This document shows, piece by piece, positions 26,388 through 36,901 of a stretch of 64,000 bases of DNA. Position 1 is the first letter of the stretch; each line of letters begins with the position of its first letter. The notes below the pieces were generated by a model. The model made no database searches. It saw only the letters and a program-made list of their open reading frames with translations, and had not been told where the DNA came from. The stretch spans positions 316,457 through 380,456 of the forward strand of contig CAWINJ010000002.1 in the NCBI GenBank assembly GCA_963837435.1. Direction: 5' to 3'. The translations under genes and the position numbers were made by a program. The stretch comes from an uncultured Gammaproteobacteria bacterium. GTDB taxonomy: Bacteria; Pseudomonadota; Gammaproteobacteria; Steroidobacterales; Steroidobacteraceae.

Positions 26388-26420
26388 GTTCGCACTCCTC
26401 ACCACCACCCCGGCTGGCGG

Positions 26421-27761
26421 ATGCGCCATTTCGTAAAGCATAGTCCTATGGGGCCTCCAACAGACGGTCGGATCGGCATTTGGATGACCAGCGCACTGGT
26501 CGTCGGCACGATGATCGGGGCTGGCATTTTCATGCTGCCGGTATCGCTCGCGCCGCTGGGCGGCAACGCCTTGGTCGGGTGGATTCTCAGCACCGTCGGC
26601 GCGCTCACCATCGCCTTCGCGCTCGCGCGCGTCTCGCAACTCGGCGGCGATGGGATTCAAGCCAACATCGAGCGGCAATTGGGTCGAACCGTCGCCTTCC
26701 TGGTGGCGTGGTCCTTCTGGGTCTCGAACTGGGCAGCGCAGGCGGGGGTTGCAATCGCAGGCGCTTCGGCGCTGTCGTGGATAAGCCCGGCCTTCGCGGG
26801 GCCGGGCTTCGTGATCCCGACCGCGATCGGTAGCGTCGTCTTCTTCACCGCCATCAACGCCTTCGGCGTGCGCGCGTCGGGTGTGGCGACGATCGTGACC
26901 GTCGCGATAAGGCTGCTGCCGCTCGCCGGCGTGATCCTCATCTTCGCGCTACGCGGTATCGGATCGGCCCCTTACGAGCCACTGGCCCCAACGGCGTTGA
27001 CGCCCGGCAATATCGCTACCGCCACCGCTCTCGCTTTCTTCGCGCTGACCGGCTTCGAAAACGCGACGACGCCGGTCGACAAGGTGCACGATCCGGCTCG
27101 TACGGTTCCCCGCGCCATCATTGGCGGCACGCTCTTCGTCGCCATCGTCTACTTTCTGGCCAGCACCGGCGTGCAGATGCTACTTCCGGCGGCCAAAGTG
27201 GCCGGTTCACCGGCACCGTTCGCCGAAGCGATTGCCGCGCAATGGGGAGAAGGCAGCGCGTCGCTTGCCGCGCTCGCCATCGCGATCGCCGCGTTCGGCT
27301 GCCTCAACGCCCTTATCCTTGGAAGTGGCGAGCTTGCCTACGCACTGGGCCTGAGACGCGACTTGCCGGCCGTATTGGCGTGGACCTGGAGGGGCAACAC
27401 GCCCGTTGCAGGGCAGATCGTCGGTTCGGCACTGTCGGTCTTGCTGATCCTGGCCAATAGCAGCCGGGCAACCGCCAGCCTGTTCACATTCACGATCCTG
27501 CTGTCGACCGCATCCGTACTGTTTGTCTACCTCGCGGGCGCGTTTTCAGCCTGGCGCATGAGTCCGTTACCCTTGGCGCGGGCAGCCATCATTGGCGCGC
27601 TGCTGTTCATCGTGTTCGCATTTTACGGGACGGGCACCAAGGCTGGCCTGTGGAGTCTCGTCCTCCTTGCAATTGGCCTGGCCGCCCGGGTGATCACGCA
27701 CCGGCTTGGCTCTCCAGGCCCAATCGCGGCGTCGGAAAGCTTCGCCGGGCCGCTGGAATAA
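26421..27761 (+). CDS. APC-superfamily amino acid permease
   Basis: 446 aa, about 12 TM helices, N-terminal consensus GTMIGAGIFMLP. The start could be 26448 instead. Confidence 0.8.
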   Translation: MRHFVKHSPMGPPTDGRIGIWMTSALVVGTMIGAGIFMLPVSLAPLGGNALVGWILSTVGALTIAFALARVSQLGGDGIQANIERQLGRTVAFLVAWSFWVSNWAAQAGVAIAGASALSWISPAFAGPGFVIPTAIGSVVFFTAINAFGVRASGVATIVTVAIRLLPLAGVILIFALRGIGSAPYEPLAPTALTPGNIATATALAFFALTGFENATTPVDKVHDPARTVPRAIIGGTLFVAIVYFLASTGVQMLLPAAKVAGSPAPFAEAIAAQWGEGSASLAALAIAIAAFGCLNALILGSGELAYALGLRRDLPAVLAWTWRGNTPVAGQIVGSALSVLLILANSSRATASLFTFTILLSTASVLFVYLAGAFSAWRMSPLPLARAAIIGALLFIVFAFYGTGTKAGLWSLVLLAIGLAARVITHRLGSPGPIAASESFAGPLE

Positions 27762-27830
27762 ACGAAGGCACTACTTAACGTCGCTTGGATCGGAGCACCG
27801 TCACTTCGAGGACGCCATGCGACTGCACAC

Positions 27831-29138
27831 TCAAAGAGCGCGTCGATGCGCAACCCCGTCGGGTGTGACCGTCCCTTCCTTCCCACCGAATTGCGCGATC
27901 ACGTAGTTGGCAAGAGCGGCAACTTCGGTGTCCGAATACCCCTGCGCAAACCCCGGCATGAAGACCTGATGGTCGCCGACGGTATAGTGAACACCCTGCA
28001 GTATTGCCTGAACCGCGTTCGTGCCTCTGGCATCATTCACGCCGCGCGTGCCGAGCAAGGCCGCGTAAGAGCTCTGTCGGCCTGCGCCGTTCCACTGGTG
28101 GCAGCTCGCGCAGGCACCCGCGAACAGCTCACCCCCTGGCGAGGTGGCAAGGGGCCCCGCACCGCCTGATTCATTTTGATCAGCCGCCAACGCGGCCGGG
28201 GGTTTCGGATCGATGTCGATGGGATGCTTGCCGGAGCGCGCCGGCACTTCACGGAGGTAGGTGACGAGCGCATCGATGTCTTCTGTCTTTAAGTACTGAA
28301 GGCTGTGGTACACCGCCTCCCCCATGGGGCCGGATGCGGAGGCGTGGCCCGGTGCGTGCCCGGTACTTAAGTACGCGTGCAAATCTGCATCGCTCCACGC
28401 GCCGATGCCGTGTTTGAGGTCCGAGGTGATGTTATAGGCCCGCCAACCCTGAAGCTCCTCGCCCGCGAGCGCATTGTCGTTTGAGAGTCCAAAACCCACA
28501 TTGCGAGGCGTATGGCATTCCCCGCAGTGGCCAAGTGCAGTGGCGAGATACGCACCGCTGTTCCACTGCGGGGATTTTGAGGGATCCGCTTCAAAGCGTC
28601 CGTTCTTGAAAAAGGCGGCGTTCCAGAACCCCATCGCCCAACGCTGATTGAAAGGAAATCCCAAATCGTTCGCCCGGGCAGGCGTTTTGACGGGCGCTAG
28701 ACTAAAAAGATACGCCTTGATGGCCAGGACATCCGCGCGGCTCAGCTGGGTATAGGCGGTGTAAGGGAAAGCCGGGTACAGATGCGCTCCATCCCGACGG
28801 ATGCCGTCGCGCACGGCATGAAGGAAATCCTCATCGCTATACTTGCCGATCCCGGTCTGCGGATCGGGGGTGATGTTACTCGAGTAAATCGTGCCAAACG
28901 GCAATCGGAAGGCGAGCCCGCCTGCGTATTCCTTGCCTACACCGGGATCGGTGTGGCATGCCACACAATCGGCCGCCTTCGCGAGGTATTCGCCGCGCGC
29001 CAGCTGATCAGCCTGAGCGGGTGCCCCGGATATGGCCGGCGCTTCCCCTGCCGCGCTGTCGTTGCGATTGCCGATCACGTAGAAGAGCGCTATCCCGAGC
29101 AATAGAACCAGAGCGGCGACGGCGAGTCTATTTTTCAT
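27831..29138 (-). CDS. Triheme cytochrome c subunit of a membrane-associated dehydrogenase
   Basis: 435 aa. N-terminal signal/anchor, then three CxxCH motifs (CVACH, CGECH, CASCH). The start overlaps the stop of the molybdopterin subunit (ATGA 29135-29138). Confidence 0.85.
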   Translation of the reverse strand: MKNRLAVAALVLLLGIALFYVIGNRNDSAAGEAPAISGAPAQADQLARGEYLAKAADCVACHTDPGVGKEYAGGLAFRLPFGTIYSSNITPDPQTGIGKYSDEDFLHAVRDGIRRDGAHLYPAFPYTAYTQLSRADVLAIKAYLFSLAPVKTPARANDLGFPFNQRWAMGFWNAAFFKNGRFEADPSKSPQWNSGAYLATALGHCGECHTPRNVGFGLSNDNALAGEELQGWRAYNITSDLKHGIGAWSDADLHAYLSTGHAPGHASASGPMGEAVYHSLQYLKTEDIDALVTYLREVPARSGKHPIDIDPKPPAALAADQNESGGAGPLATSPGGELFAGACASCHQWNGAGRQSSYAALLGTRGVNDARGTNAVQAILQGVHYTVGDHQVFMPGFAQGYSDTEVAALANYVIAQFGGKEGTVTPDGVAHRRAL

Positions 29139-31372
29139 GCATGTTCCCCTTGGACTCTGACTGCGTCCGCCTTCTGCTCGAGAGCCTTCTTGTCCCGCAC
29201 GAGCAGGCTGCGATCGATGGGCAAGCTGCGCAGTCGCACTCCGGTTGCTGCGAACACCGCATTGTTCAGAGCCGGCGCGGCGATCGCCGTGCCCACCTCG
29301 CCCAGTCCCCCGGGCGTTTCGGTGTTCTGGACGCAGTGCACCTCGACGTGGGGGGCCTCGTTGATGCGCAGGTTGCGGTAATCATGGAAGTTGCTTTGCT
29401 CGATTGCGCCCTCTTTGAGCGTGATGCCGCTGTAGAGTGCCGCGCTCAAGCCAAAGAGAACACCGCCCTGCATTTGTGCTTCCACCGAACTCGGGTTGAT
29501 CATGATGCCGCAGTCAAGCGCGGCGACTGCACGCCGCAAGCGGATCTCGCCCTGATCAGACACTTCGATCTCAACGATCAGACACACGCGGCTCCCGAAT
29601 GGTTCTCCAAGCGCAATACCGCGACCCACCCGCCCCGTGCCTTTCGGCATTTCCGTCCAGCCAATCTTCTCTGCCGCAAGATTCAGGAGCTTCAAGCTCC
29701 GTGGGTTGTCGGCCAGCAGCGCCCTGCGGTAGTCGAGCGGATCCTTGCCTGCAGCATGGGCGAGTTCGTCGATGAAGCTCTCAACCACGTATAGATTGTG
29801 GGTGGGTCCGACGCCCCGCCACCAGCCGACGAGCAGGCCCTGGGGCATGTCCTGTCGAACCCATTCCACTTTGAGATTGGGAATCTTGTAAGGCGTCTGC
29901 GCCGAGCATTCGACCAAGTCATCATCGAGCCCGTTCTTGTCCATGTCTTCCGGAGCCCAGCGACCGAGCACCGTGCCTCCGGTGGTGATGTCGCCAAACC
30001 AGACAGGAAGACCATCGGCGCCCAAAATCGCCGAAATGCGATCGTGATACATGGGCCTGACGACGTCATGCCGGATGTCCTCCTCGCGAGTCCAGATGAT
30101 CTTCACCGGATACTTCACGAGCTTGGCAAATTGCACGGCCTGTTCGACTGAATCAGTCTCAAGACGCCGACCGAAGCCGCCTCCGAGATACTGGTTGTGA
30201 AGTATGACCTTCGACTCGGGGAGCCCCGTGATCTTCGCCGCCTCGGTCACGCAGCGGGTGGGTACCTGAGTCCCCACCCAGATCTCGCACTTCTCCGCGG
30301 TGACCCAGACCGTCGTATTGAGCGGTTCCATCGTGGCATGGGCGAGCATGGGAAGGTCGTAGATCGCTTCCACGGACTTTCCCTCCGCAGGTCGCCTACC
30401 GACTTCGCGTGCGACGATGGAGGGGCCGGCCTTGGATTTCTGCTGCAGAGTTTCGCGAAGATTCGCCGCGGTAAGATTTGCATTGGGCCCTCGATCCCAC
30501 TCTACCTCGAGTAGCTCAAGTCCGCGTTTCGCGGCCCAGAAATCCTCGCCCACCACCGCAACTGCGTTGTCGATCTTGATCACTTCGACAAACCCCGGCA
30601 CTGCACGCGCTTTGCGATCATCGACCGATTTGAGGCGTCCGCCAAAAGTCGGGCAGGCCATGACGGTGGCGATCTTCATGCCCGGAATCCTTACATCGAT
30701 TCCGAACTGCGCGGCCCCATTGACCTTGTAGGGTGAGTCGACCCTCTGCACAGGCTTTCCAATGAGGGCGAAGTCCTTCGGGTCCTTGAGCGCGACTTTC
30801 TCTGGTTGCGGGAGCGCGGCGGCAGCCTTGGCCAATGACCCGAAGGTGGCGTGACGACCGGTTGCGGTGTGAGTCACCACCCCCCGTCGCACGGCGCAGG
30901 CGGCCGGATCGACATGCCAGCGCTGCGCAGCCGCACTCAGTAGCTGTGTACGGGCGAGGGCGCCGGCCTCGCGCAGCACCCCCCAGTGCCCGCGGGTGCT
31001 GGTCGAGCCGCCCGTAATCTGACCGCCGAGCAAGGGCATCGAGTAGAGCTCCTCGTTCGGGGGTGCGTGCTCGACGCGAATCTGATCCATACCCACATCC
31101 AGCTCTTCGGCCAGCATCATGCAGGCACCGGTATAGATGCCCTGACCCATTTCAACGTTGGGCATGACCAAGCGAATCGGACCCTCGGCATCGATTCGGA
31201 TGAAGGCATTGGGCGCAAAAGACGGGTTGCCGTCCGCCGCGGCCGCCGCCGCGTCGCCCGGCTGACGCCGGGCGCTGATGGCTGCACGAGCGGATCCTGT
31301 CCCGCCCATCCAAACAAAGGCGATTGAAAGCGCCCCTTTGAGCGCGTCACGACGATTGACGAGAACGTTCAC
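29135..31372 (-). CDS. Molybdopterin-binding large subunit, xanthine dehydrogenase/aldehyde oxidase family (IorB-like), Tat-exported
   Basis: GTG 31372 overlaps the small-subunit stop (GTGA). Twin-arginine signal [30 protein letters not shown]. About 745 aa with the typical IorB-like architecture. Confidence 0.85.
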   Translation of the reverse strand: MNVLVNRRDALKGALSIAFVWMGGTGSARAAISARRQPGDAAAAAADGNPSFAPNAFIRIDAEGPIRLVMPNVEMGQGIYTGACMMLAEELDVGMDQIRVEHAPPNEELYSMPLLGGQITGGSTSTRGHWGVLREAGALARTQLLSAAAQRWHVDPAACAVRRGVVTHTATGRHATFGSLAKAAAALPQPEKVALKDPKDFALIGKPVQRVDSPYKVNGAAQFGIDVRIPGMKIATVMACPTFGGRLKSVDDRKARAVPGFVEVIKIDNAVAVVGEDFWAAKRGLELLEVEWDRGPNANLTAANLRETLQQKSKAGPSIVAREVGRRPAEGKSVEAIYDLPMLAHATMEPLNTTVWVTAEKCEIWVGTQVPTRCVTEAAKITGLPESKVILHNQYLGGGFGRRLETDSVEQAVQFAKLVKYPVKIIWTREEDIRHDVVRPMYHDRISAILGADGLPVWFGDITTGGTVLGRWAPEDMDKNGLDDDLVECSAQTPYKIPNLKVEWVRQDMPQGLLVGWWRGVGPTHNLYVVESFIDELAHAAGKDPLDYRRALLADNPRSLKLLNLAAEKIGWTEMPKGTGRVGRGIALGEPFGSRVCLIVEIEVSDQGEIRLRRAVAALDCGIMINPSSVEAQMQGGVLFGLSAALYSGITLKEGAIEQSNFHDYRNLRINEAPHVEVHCVQNTETPGGLGEVGTAIAAPALNNAVFAATGVRLRSLPIDRSLLVRDKKALEQKADAVRVQGEHA

Positions 31373-31866
31373 GTCGCACTCCCATTGGGCGCGACAACCT
31401 GCAGGGACTCCGCATGGCCAGTGGCCGCCTGCTTGATCGCCGCCCGGATTCTCACGTAGGTCCCACAGCGGCAAATATTGCCCGCCATCGCGGCGTCGAT
31501 ATCGGCGTCAGAAGGGTTGGGTTTTTGCGCAAGCAAGGCGCTCGCAGACATGATCTGACCAGACTGGCAATACCCGCACTGGACCACATCGATATCAAGC
31601 CACGCCTTCTGGATCTTCTGGCCCGACGGCGTTTGGCCTACGGCCTCGATCGTGGTAATCGCCTTGTTTGCGACGGAGCCGACCGGAAGGACGCAGGAGC
31701 GCACCGCCATCCCTTCGAGGTGCACCGTGCAAGCGCCGCACTGCGCAATGCCACAGCCGAATTTCGTTCCCGTCAACCCCAGAACGTCCCGCAAAACCCA
31801 CAGCAAGGGCATATCGGGCGGAACGTCGGCCTGGTGATCCGTGCCATTGATTCTTAAGGCGATCAT
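31369..31866 (-). CDS. (2Fe-2S)-binding small subunit (IorA-like)
   Basis: ATG 31866 gives [11 protein letters not shown].... Cys clusters [13 protein letters not shown] and [10 protein letters not shown]...CRCGTY. Confidence 0.85.
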   Translation of the reverse strand: MIALRINGTDHQADVPPDMPLLWVLRDVLGLTGTKFGCGIAQCGACTVHLEGMAVRSCVLPVGSVANKAITTIEAVGQTPSGQKIQKAWLDIDVVQCGYCQSGQIMSASALLAQKPNPSDADIDAAMAGNICRCGTYVRIRAAIKQAATGHAESLQVVAPNGSAT

Positions 31867-31921
31867 ATTTAGCCCCCTCCGCGAACGCGGCTGCCAGAAT
31901 GATAATGTGTTTGAATAGCGT

Positions 31922-31938
31922 TTTACCAATTTGGTAAA
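31922..31938. promoter_or_regulatory. 17-bp perfect palindrome TTTACCAA-T-TTGGTAAA in the divergent promoter region (candidate operator)
   Basis: Read directly. The 8-bp arms are exact reverse complements. It lies 5 bp upstream of the ModE-like ATG (31944) and 56 bp from the iorA-like start. A related core CCAAATTTGG occurs at 33098-33107 upstream of the second iorA-like gene. Confidence 0.35.
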
Positions 31939-31943
31939 CCGGC

Positions 31944-32369
31944 ATGGCACGTGTTGCATTGCGATTTAGAGTCGACTTCGCCAACGGCTTCTCCGTGGGG
32001 CCGGGCAAGATCGAGTTGCTGCGTGCGATCGAGAAGCACGGATCATTGTCCGAAGCGGCCAGGTCGATCGGATTGAGCTATCGACGTGCGTGGCTGCTCG
32101 TCAAAGACCTCAATAACACCTTTGCGAAGCCCATCACGATCTCCATGGTCGGAGGACGCTCCGGCGGCGGCGCATACGTCACTCCACTCGGCAAGATGCT
32201 CATCAGCGCTTATGAGCAGGTGGACCGGTACTATCGGGAGCACGCCAGCGCGCACCTCGCGGAACTGGTGAGCATGCTCTCCGCTGTGAAGCGACCAGCC
32301 ACGAGCAAGCCGCGTCTCCGACCCGTCAACCGCGTGCGCCGCGCTCGCTCGCAACCGAAGGCCGTATGA
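31944..32369 (+). CDS. ModE N-terminal-domain-like winged-helix regulator (no Mop domain)
   Basis: [40 protein letters not shown]...[14 protein letters not shown] parallels the E. coli ModE N-terminal DNA-binding domain. At 141 aa it is too short for the molybdate-binding di-Mop domain. Confidence 0.6.
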   Translation: MARVALRFRVDFANGFSVGPGKIELLRAIEKHGSLSEAARSIGLSYRRAWLLVKDLNNTFAKPITISMVGGRSGGGAYVTPLGKMLISAYEQVDRYYREHASAHLAELVSMLSAVKRPATSKPRLRPVNRVRRARSQPKAV

Positions 32370-33019
32370 GCATCGCGCGATTGACCGGCACTCCTGTGGG
32401 GAAGACCAAACTCTCCAGACTGCGCATTGTGGTGTTGGCGGCGGGCTTCTCCACGCGAATGGGGCGATCGAAGGCCTTCGCGACAATCCGTGGCGTGAGC
32501 TTGATCCGCAGGACGATCGCGGTGCTCGCACCATTTGCCGTGCAAAAAATTGTCGTGGTGACAGTACCGCGAGCGCGGCGCATGCGGGTCGAATTGCGTG
32601 GACAACCGGTCTGCTTCGTCAACAATTCGAAGCGCTCATTTGGATTGTCCACATCGATCGGCCGCGGCCTGTGGACGGCGCGCTTCAGCGGCGCAACCTT
32701 GTTGCTGCCCATGGACCTTCCAGAACTCGACCCGCGAGATATCGTTCGGCTGACCACGCGCTGGTGTACGGCGAAGCGCCGCGTAACGGCGCGGCGGCTC
32801 GGCGACCGATCATCCACACCACTCATTCTGCCGCGATGGCTCTATCCGCGAGCTCGCGCCATTACCGGCGATACCGGACTGCGCGCACTTCTCTCAGAAT
32901 TGCCGACGGAGCATCGTACATTGCTGCAACTTCCCTCGGCCGCCCGCGATGTCGACACGCCCGCGGAGCTTGACGCCGCGCGACGTCGCGCAGCACGCAA
33001 TTCCGTCCGCTGCGCATGA
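32366..33019 (+). CDS. MobA/MocA-like nucleotidyltransferase (probable molybdenum cofactor cytidylyltransferase)
   Basis: LRIVVLAAGFSTRMGRSKA matches the N-terminal AAGxSxRMG signature. ATGA overlap with the ModE-like gene. It sits between two MCD-type hydroxylase operons. Confidence 0.6.
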   Translation: MSIARLTGTPVGKTKLSRLRIVVLAAGFSTRMGRSKAFATIRGVSLIRRTIAVLAPFAVQKIVVVTVPRARRMRVELRGQPVCFVNNSKRSFGLSTSIGRGLWTARFSGATLLLPMDLPELDPRDIVRLTTRWCTAKRRVTARRLGDRSSTPLILPRWLYPRARAITGDTGLRALLSELPTEHRTLLQLPSAARDVDTPAELDAARRRAARNSVRCA

Positions 33020-33149
33020 ATTTCCCATCTCGTTATGTCCATCGAGATACTACGAAATAAGCACTTTTCCTAAATTCCATCAGGTGCAAATTTTATCCCA
33101 AATTTGGCTGCGCCGTTTGTAGAATTCGAGGAGCACCACGGAGGCTTCT

Positions 33150-33617
33150 ATGGCAACCTCGTTCAAACTCAACGGCCAGCCCACCAATCTGGATGCCGAT
33201 CCCACGATGCCTCTGCTCTGGGCGATCCGTGAATTCGCAGGCCTGCCGGGAACCAAATTCGGATGCGGTATGGCGCTCTGCGGAGCCTGCACGGTGCATG
33301 TGGATGGCCGCGCAACGCGGTCATGCGTATTGCCGGTGTCGGCGGTTGCCGGACGCGAGGTCATCACCATCGAAGGCCTGCGGAGCGCGCCGGCCAAGGC
33401 GGTGCAGGCCGCGTGGATCAAGCTGCAAGTGCCGCAGTGCGGCTATTGCCAATCCGGCCAGGTAATGTCCGCGACCGCCCTGTTAGAACAGAACGTCGCT
33501 CCGACGGACAGCGACATCGACGCGGCCATGAGCGGCAATATTTGCCGGTGCGCGACGTATTCGCGCATTCGCGCGGCGATTCACGCGGCCGCCGAATCGA
33601 TGAAGGCGTCGGCATGA
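33150..33617 (+). CDS. (2Fe-2S)-binding small subunit (IorA-like), second copy
   Basis: 155 aa. [14 protein letters not shown] and [10 protein letters not shown]...CRCATY. Paralog of 31369-31866. Confidence 0.85.
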   Translation: MATSFKLNGQPTNLDADPTMPLLWAIREFAGLPGTKFGCGMALCGACTVHVDGRATRSCVLPVSAVAGREVITIEGLRSAPAKAVQAAWIKLQVPQCGYCQSGQVMSATALLEQNVAPTDSDIDAAMSGNICRCATYSRIRAAIHAAAESMKASA

Positions 33618-35812
33618 GCGCCCCTGACAGTCAAGTAACCGCCCATGCGTCGCGGCGCGCGTTTTTGAAAAGCGCCGGCAGTGCCACCGTGGCGGCCCTT
33701 ACCATCGGCTTCGAATGGGCTGGGACTACGCGGCGCGCCGCCGCTCTGGCTGCGCCGGCCGTGGGCGCGCCTTTTGTGCCAAACGCCTTCTTGCGTATCG
33801 GCGACGACAACAGCGTGACGGTGATCGCCAAGCATGTCGAAATGGGTCAAGGCGCCTACACCGGCATTGCAACGATCGTTGCCGAAGAACTGGACGCCGA
33901 CTGGACGCTGGTGCGCGTCGAAAGCGCGCCCGCCGATGCAAAACGATACGCCAACCTGGCTTTCGGCACCGTGCAGGGCACCGGCGGCAGCTCGGCGATG
34001 GCAAATTCCTGGAATCAACTTCGTGATGCCGGTGCCAAGGCCCGCGCCATGCTGATGACGGCCGCGGCCGGAGAATGGAAAGTGCCCGTGGCGGAACTGA
34101 CGGCCGATAAGGGAATCGTGTATCACGCCGGCAGCAAACGCCAGGCCGCCTTCGGTTCGCTGGTCCGCAGAGCGGCGGCGCTACCCGTGCCGGACAAAGT
34201 CGCCCTGAAGTCCCCGGACAACTTCAAGTTGATCGGTCGGCAGGTGCCGCGAGTCGATGTCCCGCCGAAGGTTAACGGTACCGCGCAATTCACGCTGGAC
34301 GTCGTGCAGCCCGGATTGCTGGTGGCCTTGCTCAAGCGGCCGCCTCTCTTCGGCGGCTCGGTTCAGTCTTTCGATGCGACCGCGGCGCTCGCGATCCCCG
34401 GGGTCGTCAAGGTGGTCCAGGTTCCGCGCGGCGTCGCGGTGATCGCCAAAAATTTCTGGGCCGCGAAACTCGGACGCGACGCGCTTCAGGTCCACTGGGA
34501 CGACTCCCATGCCGAGAAGCGCAGCTCCAGCGCCCTCATGGAGGAATATCGGCGGCTCGCCGATCAACCCGCCCAATCCGCCCGCCGGGAAGGCGACCCC
34601 GTTGCGGCGATCCGCGAGGCAGCTCATAAGGTATCGGCGAGCTACGAGTTTCCGTATCTGGCGCATGCGCCGATGGAGCCCCTCGATGCCGTCGTCAAGC
34701 TCACCACAACGAGCTGCGAGATCTGGGCGGGAGATCAGTTTCAAACCATTGATCAAGCGAATGCGGCGAAGGCTGCCGGACTCGATCCGCAGCAGGTGAG
34801 TATTCACACCCTGTACGCCGGAGGAAGCTTCGGGCGACGCGCCAATTCAGGCTCAGATTACATCGTCGAAGCAGTATCCATCGCCAGAGCATTCGGTGCC
34901 GACGGCACACCGATCAAATTGCAATGGACCCGCGAGGATGACATTCACGGTGGGCTCTATCGGCCCATGTATTTTCACAAGCTTGCAGCCGGACTGAACG
35001 CGAATAGGGAGCTCATCGGTTGGCGGCATGTGATCGTCGGGCAATCGATCATGGCTGATACGTCGTTTGCCGCCATGATAAAGGACGGTGTCGATCCAAC
35101 TTCCGTCGAAGGCGCGGCCAACATCGCTTACGCGATACCGAATATTTCGGTCGAACTCTGCACCACGAAAACCGGTGTACCGGTCCTGTGGTGGCGTGTG
35201 GTTGGCAGCTCGCATACGGCGTTTGCGGTCGAGGCATTCATCGACGAAGTGGCGCATGTGGCCGGAGAGGACGGGTTCACATTTAGACGTAAGCTTCTAA
35301 ATCATGAACCGCGCATGAAGGCCGTGCTCGAGTTGGCGGCAGAGAAGGGTGGCTGGGGCACTCCGCTACCGAAAGGCAAAGGGCGCGGCATCGCGGTGGC
35401 AGAGGCATTCAAGACCTTCGTCGCGCAAGTCGCCGAGGTCAGCGTCGACGAGCGCGGCCGTGTCACCGTCGATCGTGTCGTGTGTGCGGTCGACTGCGGT
35501 ACGCCAATCAATCCCGATATCATCGCCGCGCAAATGGAGGGGGGAATCGGTTTCGGATTGGGGGCAGTCCTGTTTGGGGCCATCACGCTCAAGGACGGCC
35601 GCGTAGAGCAGGACAACTTCAATGGCTACCGTGTGCTGCGGATGAACGAGATGCCCAAGGTCGAAGTGCATATCGTGTCCTCTACGGAGGCTCCGACTGG
35701 CGTCGGCGAGCCGGGCGTCGCCCCATTGGGGCCGGCAGTGGCGAACGCCATTTTTGCAGCGAGTGGTCGGCGCATTCATCATTTGCCCTTCCCGACCCCG
35801 GACACTGCTTGA
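33614..35812 (+). CDS. Molybdopterin-binding large subunit (IorB-like), second copy, Tat-exported
   Basis: ATG 33614 overlaps the small-subunit stop (ATGA). Tat signal [32 protein letters not shown]. The track start at 33263 is an in-frame extension. Confidence 0.85.
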   Translation: MSAPDSQVTAHASRRAFLKSAGSATVAALTIGFEWAGTTRRAAALAAPAVGAPFVPNAFLRIGDDNSVTVIAKHVEMGQGAYTGIATIVAEELDADWTLVRVESAPADAKRYANLAFGTVQGTGGSSAMANSWNQLRDAGAKARAMLMTAAAGEWKVPVAELTADKGIVYHAGSKRQAAFGSLVRRAAALPVPDKVALKSPDNFKLIGRQVPRVDVPPKVNGTAQFTLDVVQPGLLVALLKRPPLFGGSVQSFDATAALAIPGVVKVVQVPRGVAVIAKNFWAAKLGRDALQVHWDDSHAEKRSSSALMEEYRRLADQPAQSARREGDPVAAIREAAHKVSASYEFPYLAHAPMEPLDAVVKLTTTSCEIWAGDQFQTIDQANAAKAAGLDPQQVSIHTLYAGGSFGRRANSGSDYIVEAVSIARAFGADGTPIKLQWTREDDIHGGLYRPMYFHKLAAGLNANRELIGWRHVIVGQSIMADTSFAAMIKDGVDPTSVEGAANIAYAIPNISVELCTTKTGVPVLWWRVVGSSHTAFAVEAFIDEVAHVAGEDGFTFRRKLLNHEPRMKAVLELAAEKGGWGTPLPKGKGRGIAVAEAFKTFVAQVAEVSVDERGRVTVDRVVCAVDCGTPINPDIIAAQMEGGIGFGLGAVLFGAITLKDGRVEQDNFNGYRVLRMNEMPKVEVHIVSSTEAPTGVGEPGVAPLGPAVANAIFAASGRRIHHLPFPTPDTA

Positions 35813-35962
35813 ATGGACGCCCGAAGGAGCAGTAAGACACTGATTCCTAAGGGCCTTCGGGCGGATCAAAAGCCGTTCCAGCTGCCGGGAGCCCAGGTTA
35901 AGATTGAGATATACTCAATGCAACATCGATTTTTTGATGGAATAGGTGAAGGTCATTAAACA

Positions 35963-36901
35963 ATGAACCTGAAGACGCTCGACCTCACCACGCTTCGCAC
36001 CCTCGTGACCGCAAGTGATCTGGGCGGTTACGGGCAGGCGGCTGCCTCTCTTGGCCGCACGCCATCGGCAATCAGCCTGCAGATGAAGCGCCTGCAGCAG
36101 ACGGTCGGGGCGGCGCTGTTCCAGCGCAACGGCAGGGAACTGTTGCTGACTGACGCCGGAGAGATCGCGCTTGGGTATGCCCGTCAGATGCTCAGGCTCA
36201 ACGATGAGCTGCTTCATACCATTCGTGGCGCATCGCAGGCAGGTACCGTGCGACTGGGCTTTTCGCAGGAATTTGCCGAGACCGTGTTGCCGGCCGTGCT
36301 CGCTCAGTTTGCCAAGCTATACCCGCTGGTGCTGGTCGAAGTTCGGATCGAGGGCAAAGCGGCTCTGGTGGAGGCCGTGGAGAAGAAACAGTTGGATCTC
36401 GCGCTCACCATCGGTTACGCCGACCATACGCCCGGAGAGCTGTTGGGGGAACTGGAGTTGGTTTGGATCGCCGGGCGCGAGCTCAACGTTCGCAAGGACC
36501 AGCCACTGCCGCTCGTGCTATTTGGCCCACAATGTGCCGTTCGCAAGGAGATGATCCGCAAGCTGGATCAAGCAGGGATTTCATGGCGGATCGCAGCGGT
36601 CAGTCCCAGCCTCGCAGGCCTGTGGGCCTCTGCCGCCGGTGGCCTCGGTATTACGGCGCGCAGTCGGTTCGGCGTTCCGGCGCATCTGACTTGCGACGCA
36701 CGCCTGTTCGACCTGCCTCGACTGAACAATCTCGCCCTGACTCTGCACGGTCCAGCGGGAGTGTCGAACCCATGGTTGCAACACCTGCGTGCGATGATCT
36801 GCCAGGCTGTCGTCGATGTGATGCCCAAGAGGAAGAGCGGCATGCGTGGCGCGCAGCTCGCGCGGAAGCACCCCATCGCGGAATTGGGCGTCAGCGGCTG
36901 A
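35963..36901 (+). CDS. LysR-family transcriptional regulator
   Basis: 312 aa. N-terminal HTH LRTLVTASDLGGYGQAAASLGRTPSAISLQMKRLQ followed by a LysR substrate-binding domain. Confidence 0.85.
   Translation: MNLKTLDLTTLRTLVTASDLGGYGQAAASLGRTPSAISLQMKRLQQTVGAALFQRNGRELLLTDAGEIALGYARQMLRLNDELLHTIRGASQAGTVRLGFSQEFAETVLPAVLAQFAKLYPLVLVEVRIEGKAALVEAVEKKQLDLALTIGYADHTPGELLGELELVWIAGRELNVRKDQPLPLVLFGPQCAVRKEMIRKLDQAGISWRIAAVSPSLAGLWASAAGGLGITARSRFGVPAHLTCDARLFDLPRLNNLALTLHGPAGVSNPWLQHLRAMICQAVVDVMPKRKSGMRGAQLARKHPIAELGVSG

Noticed and set aside
26041-26440. tmRNA (ssrA), suggested by GGGGGTTCGAC... and a downstream ..CACCACCA.. string
   Set aside because: The 5' GGGGGTT has no complementary 3' acceptor strand followed by ACCA. 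No tag-peptide reading frame ends in a hydrophobic ..LAA-type sequence. No pseudoknot-rich architecture is discernible by eye. An Infernal scan would settle it.
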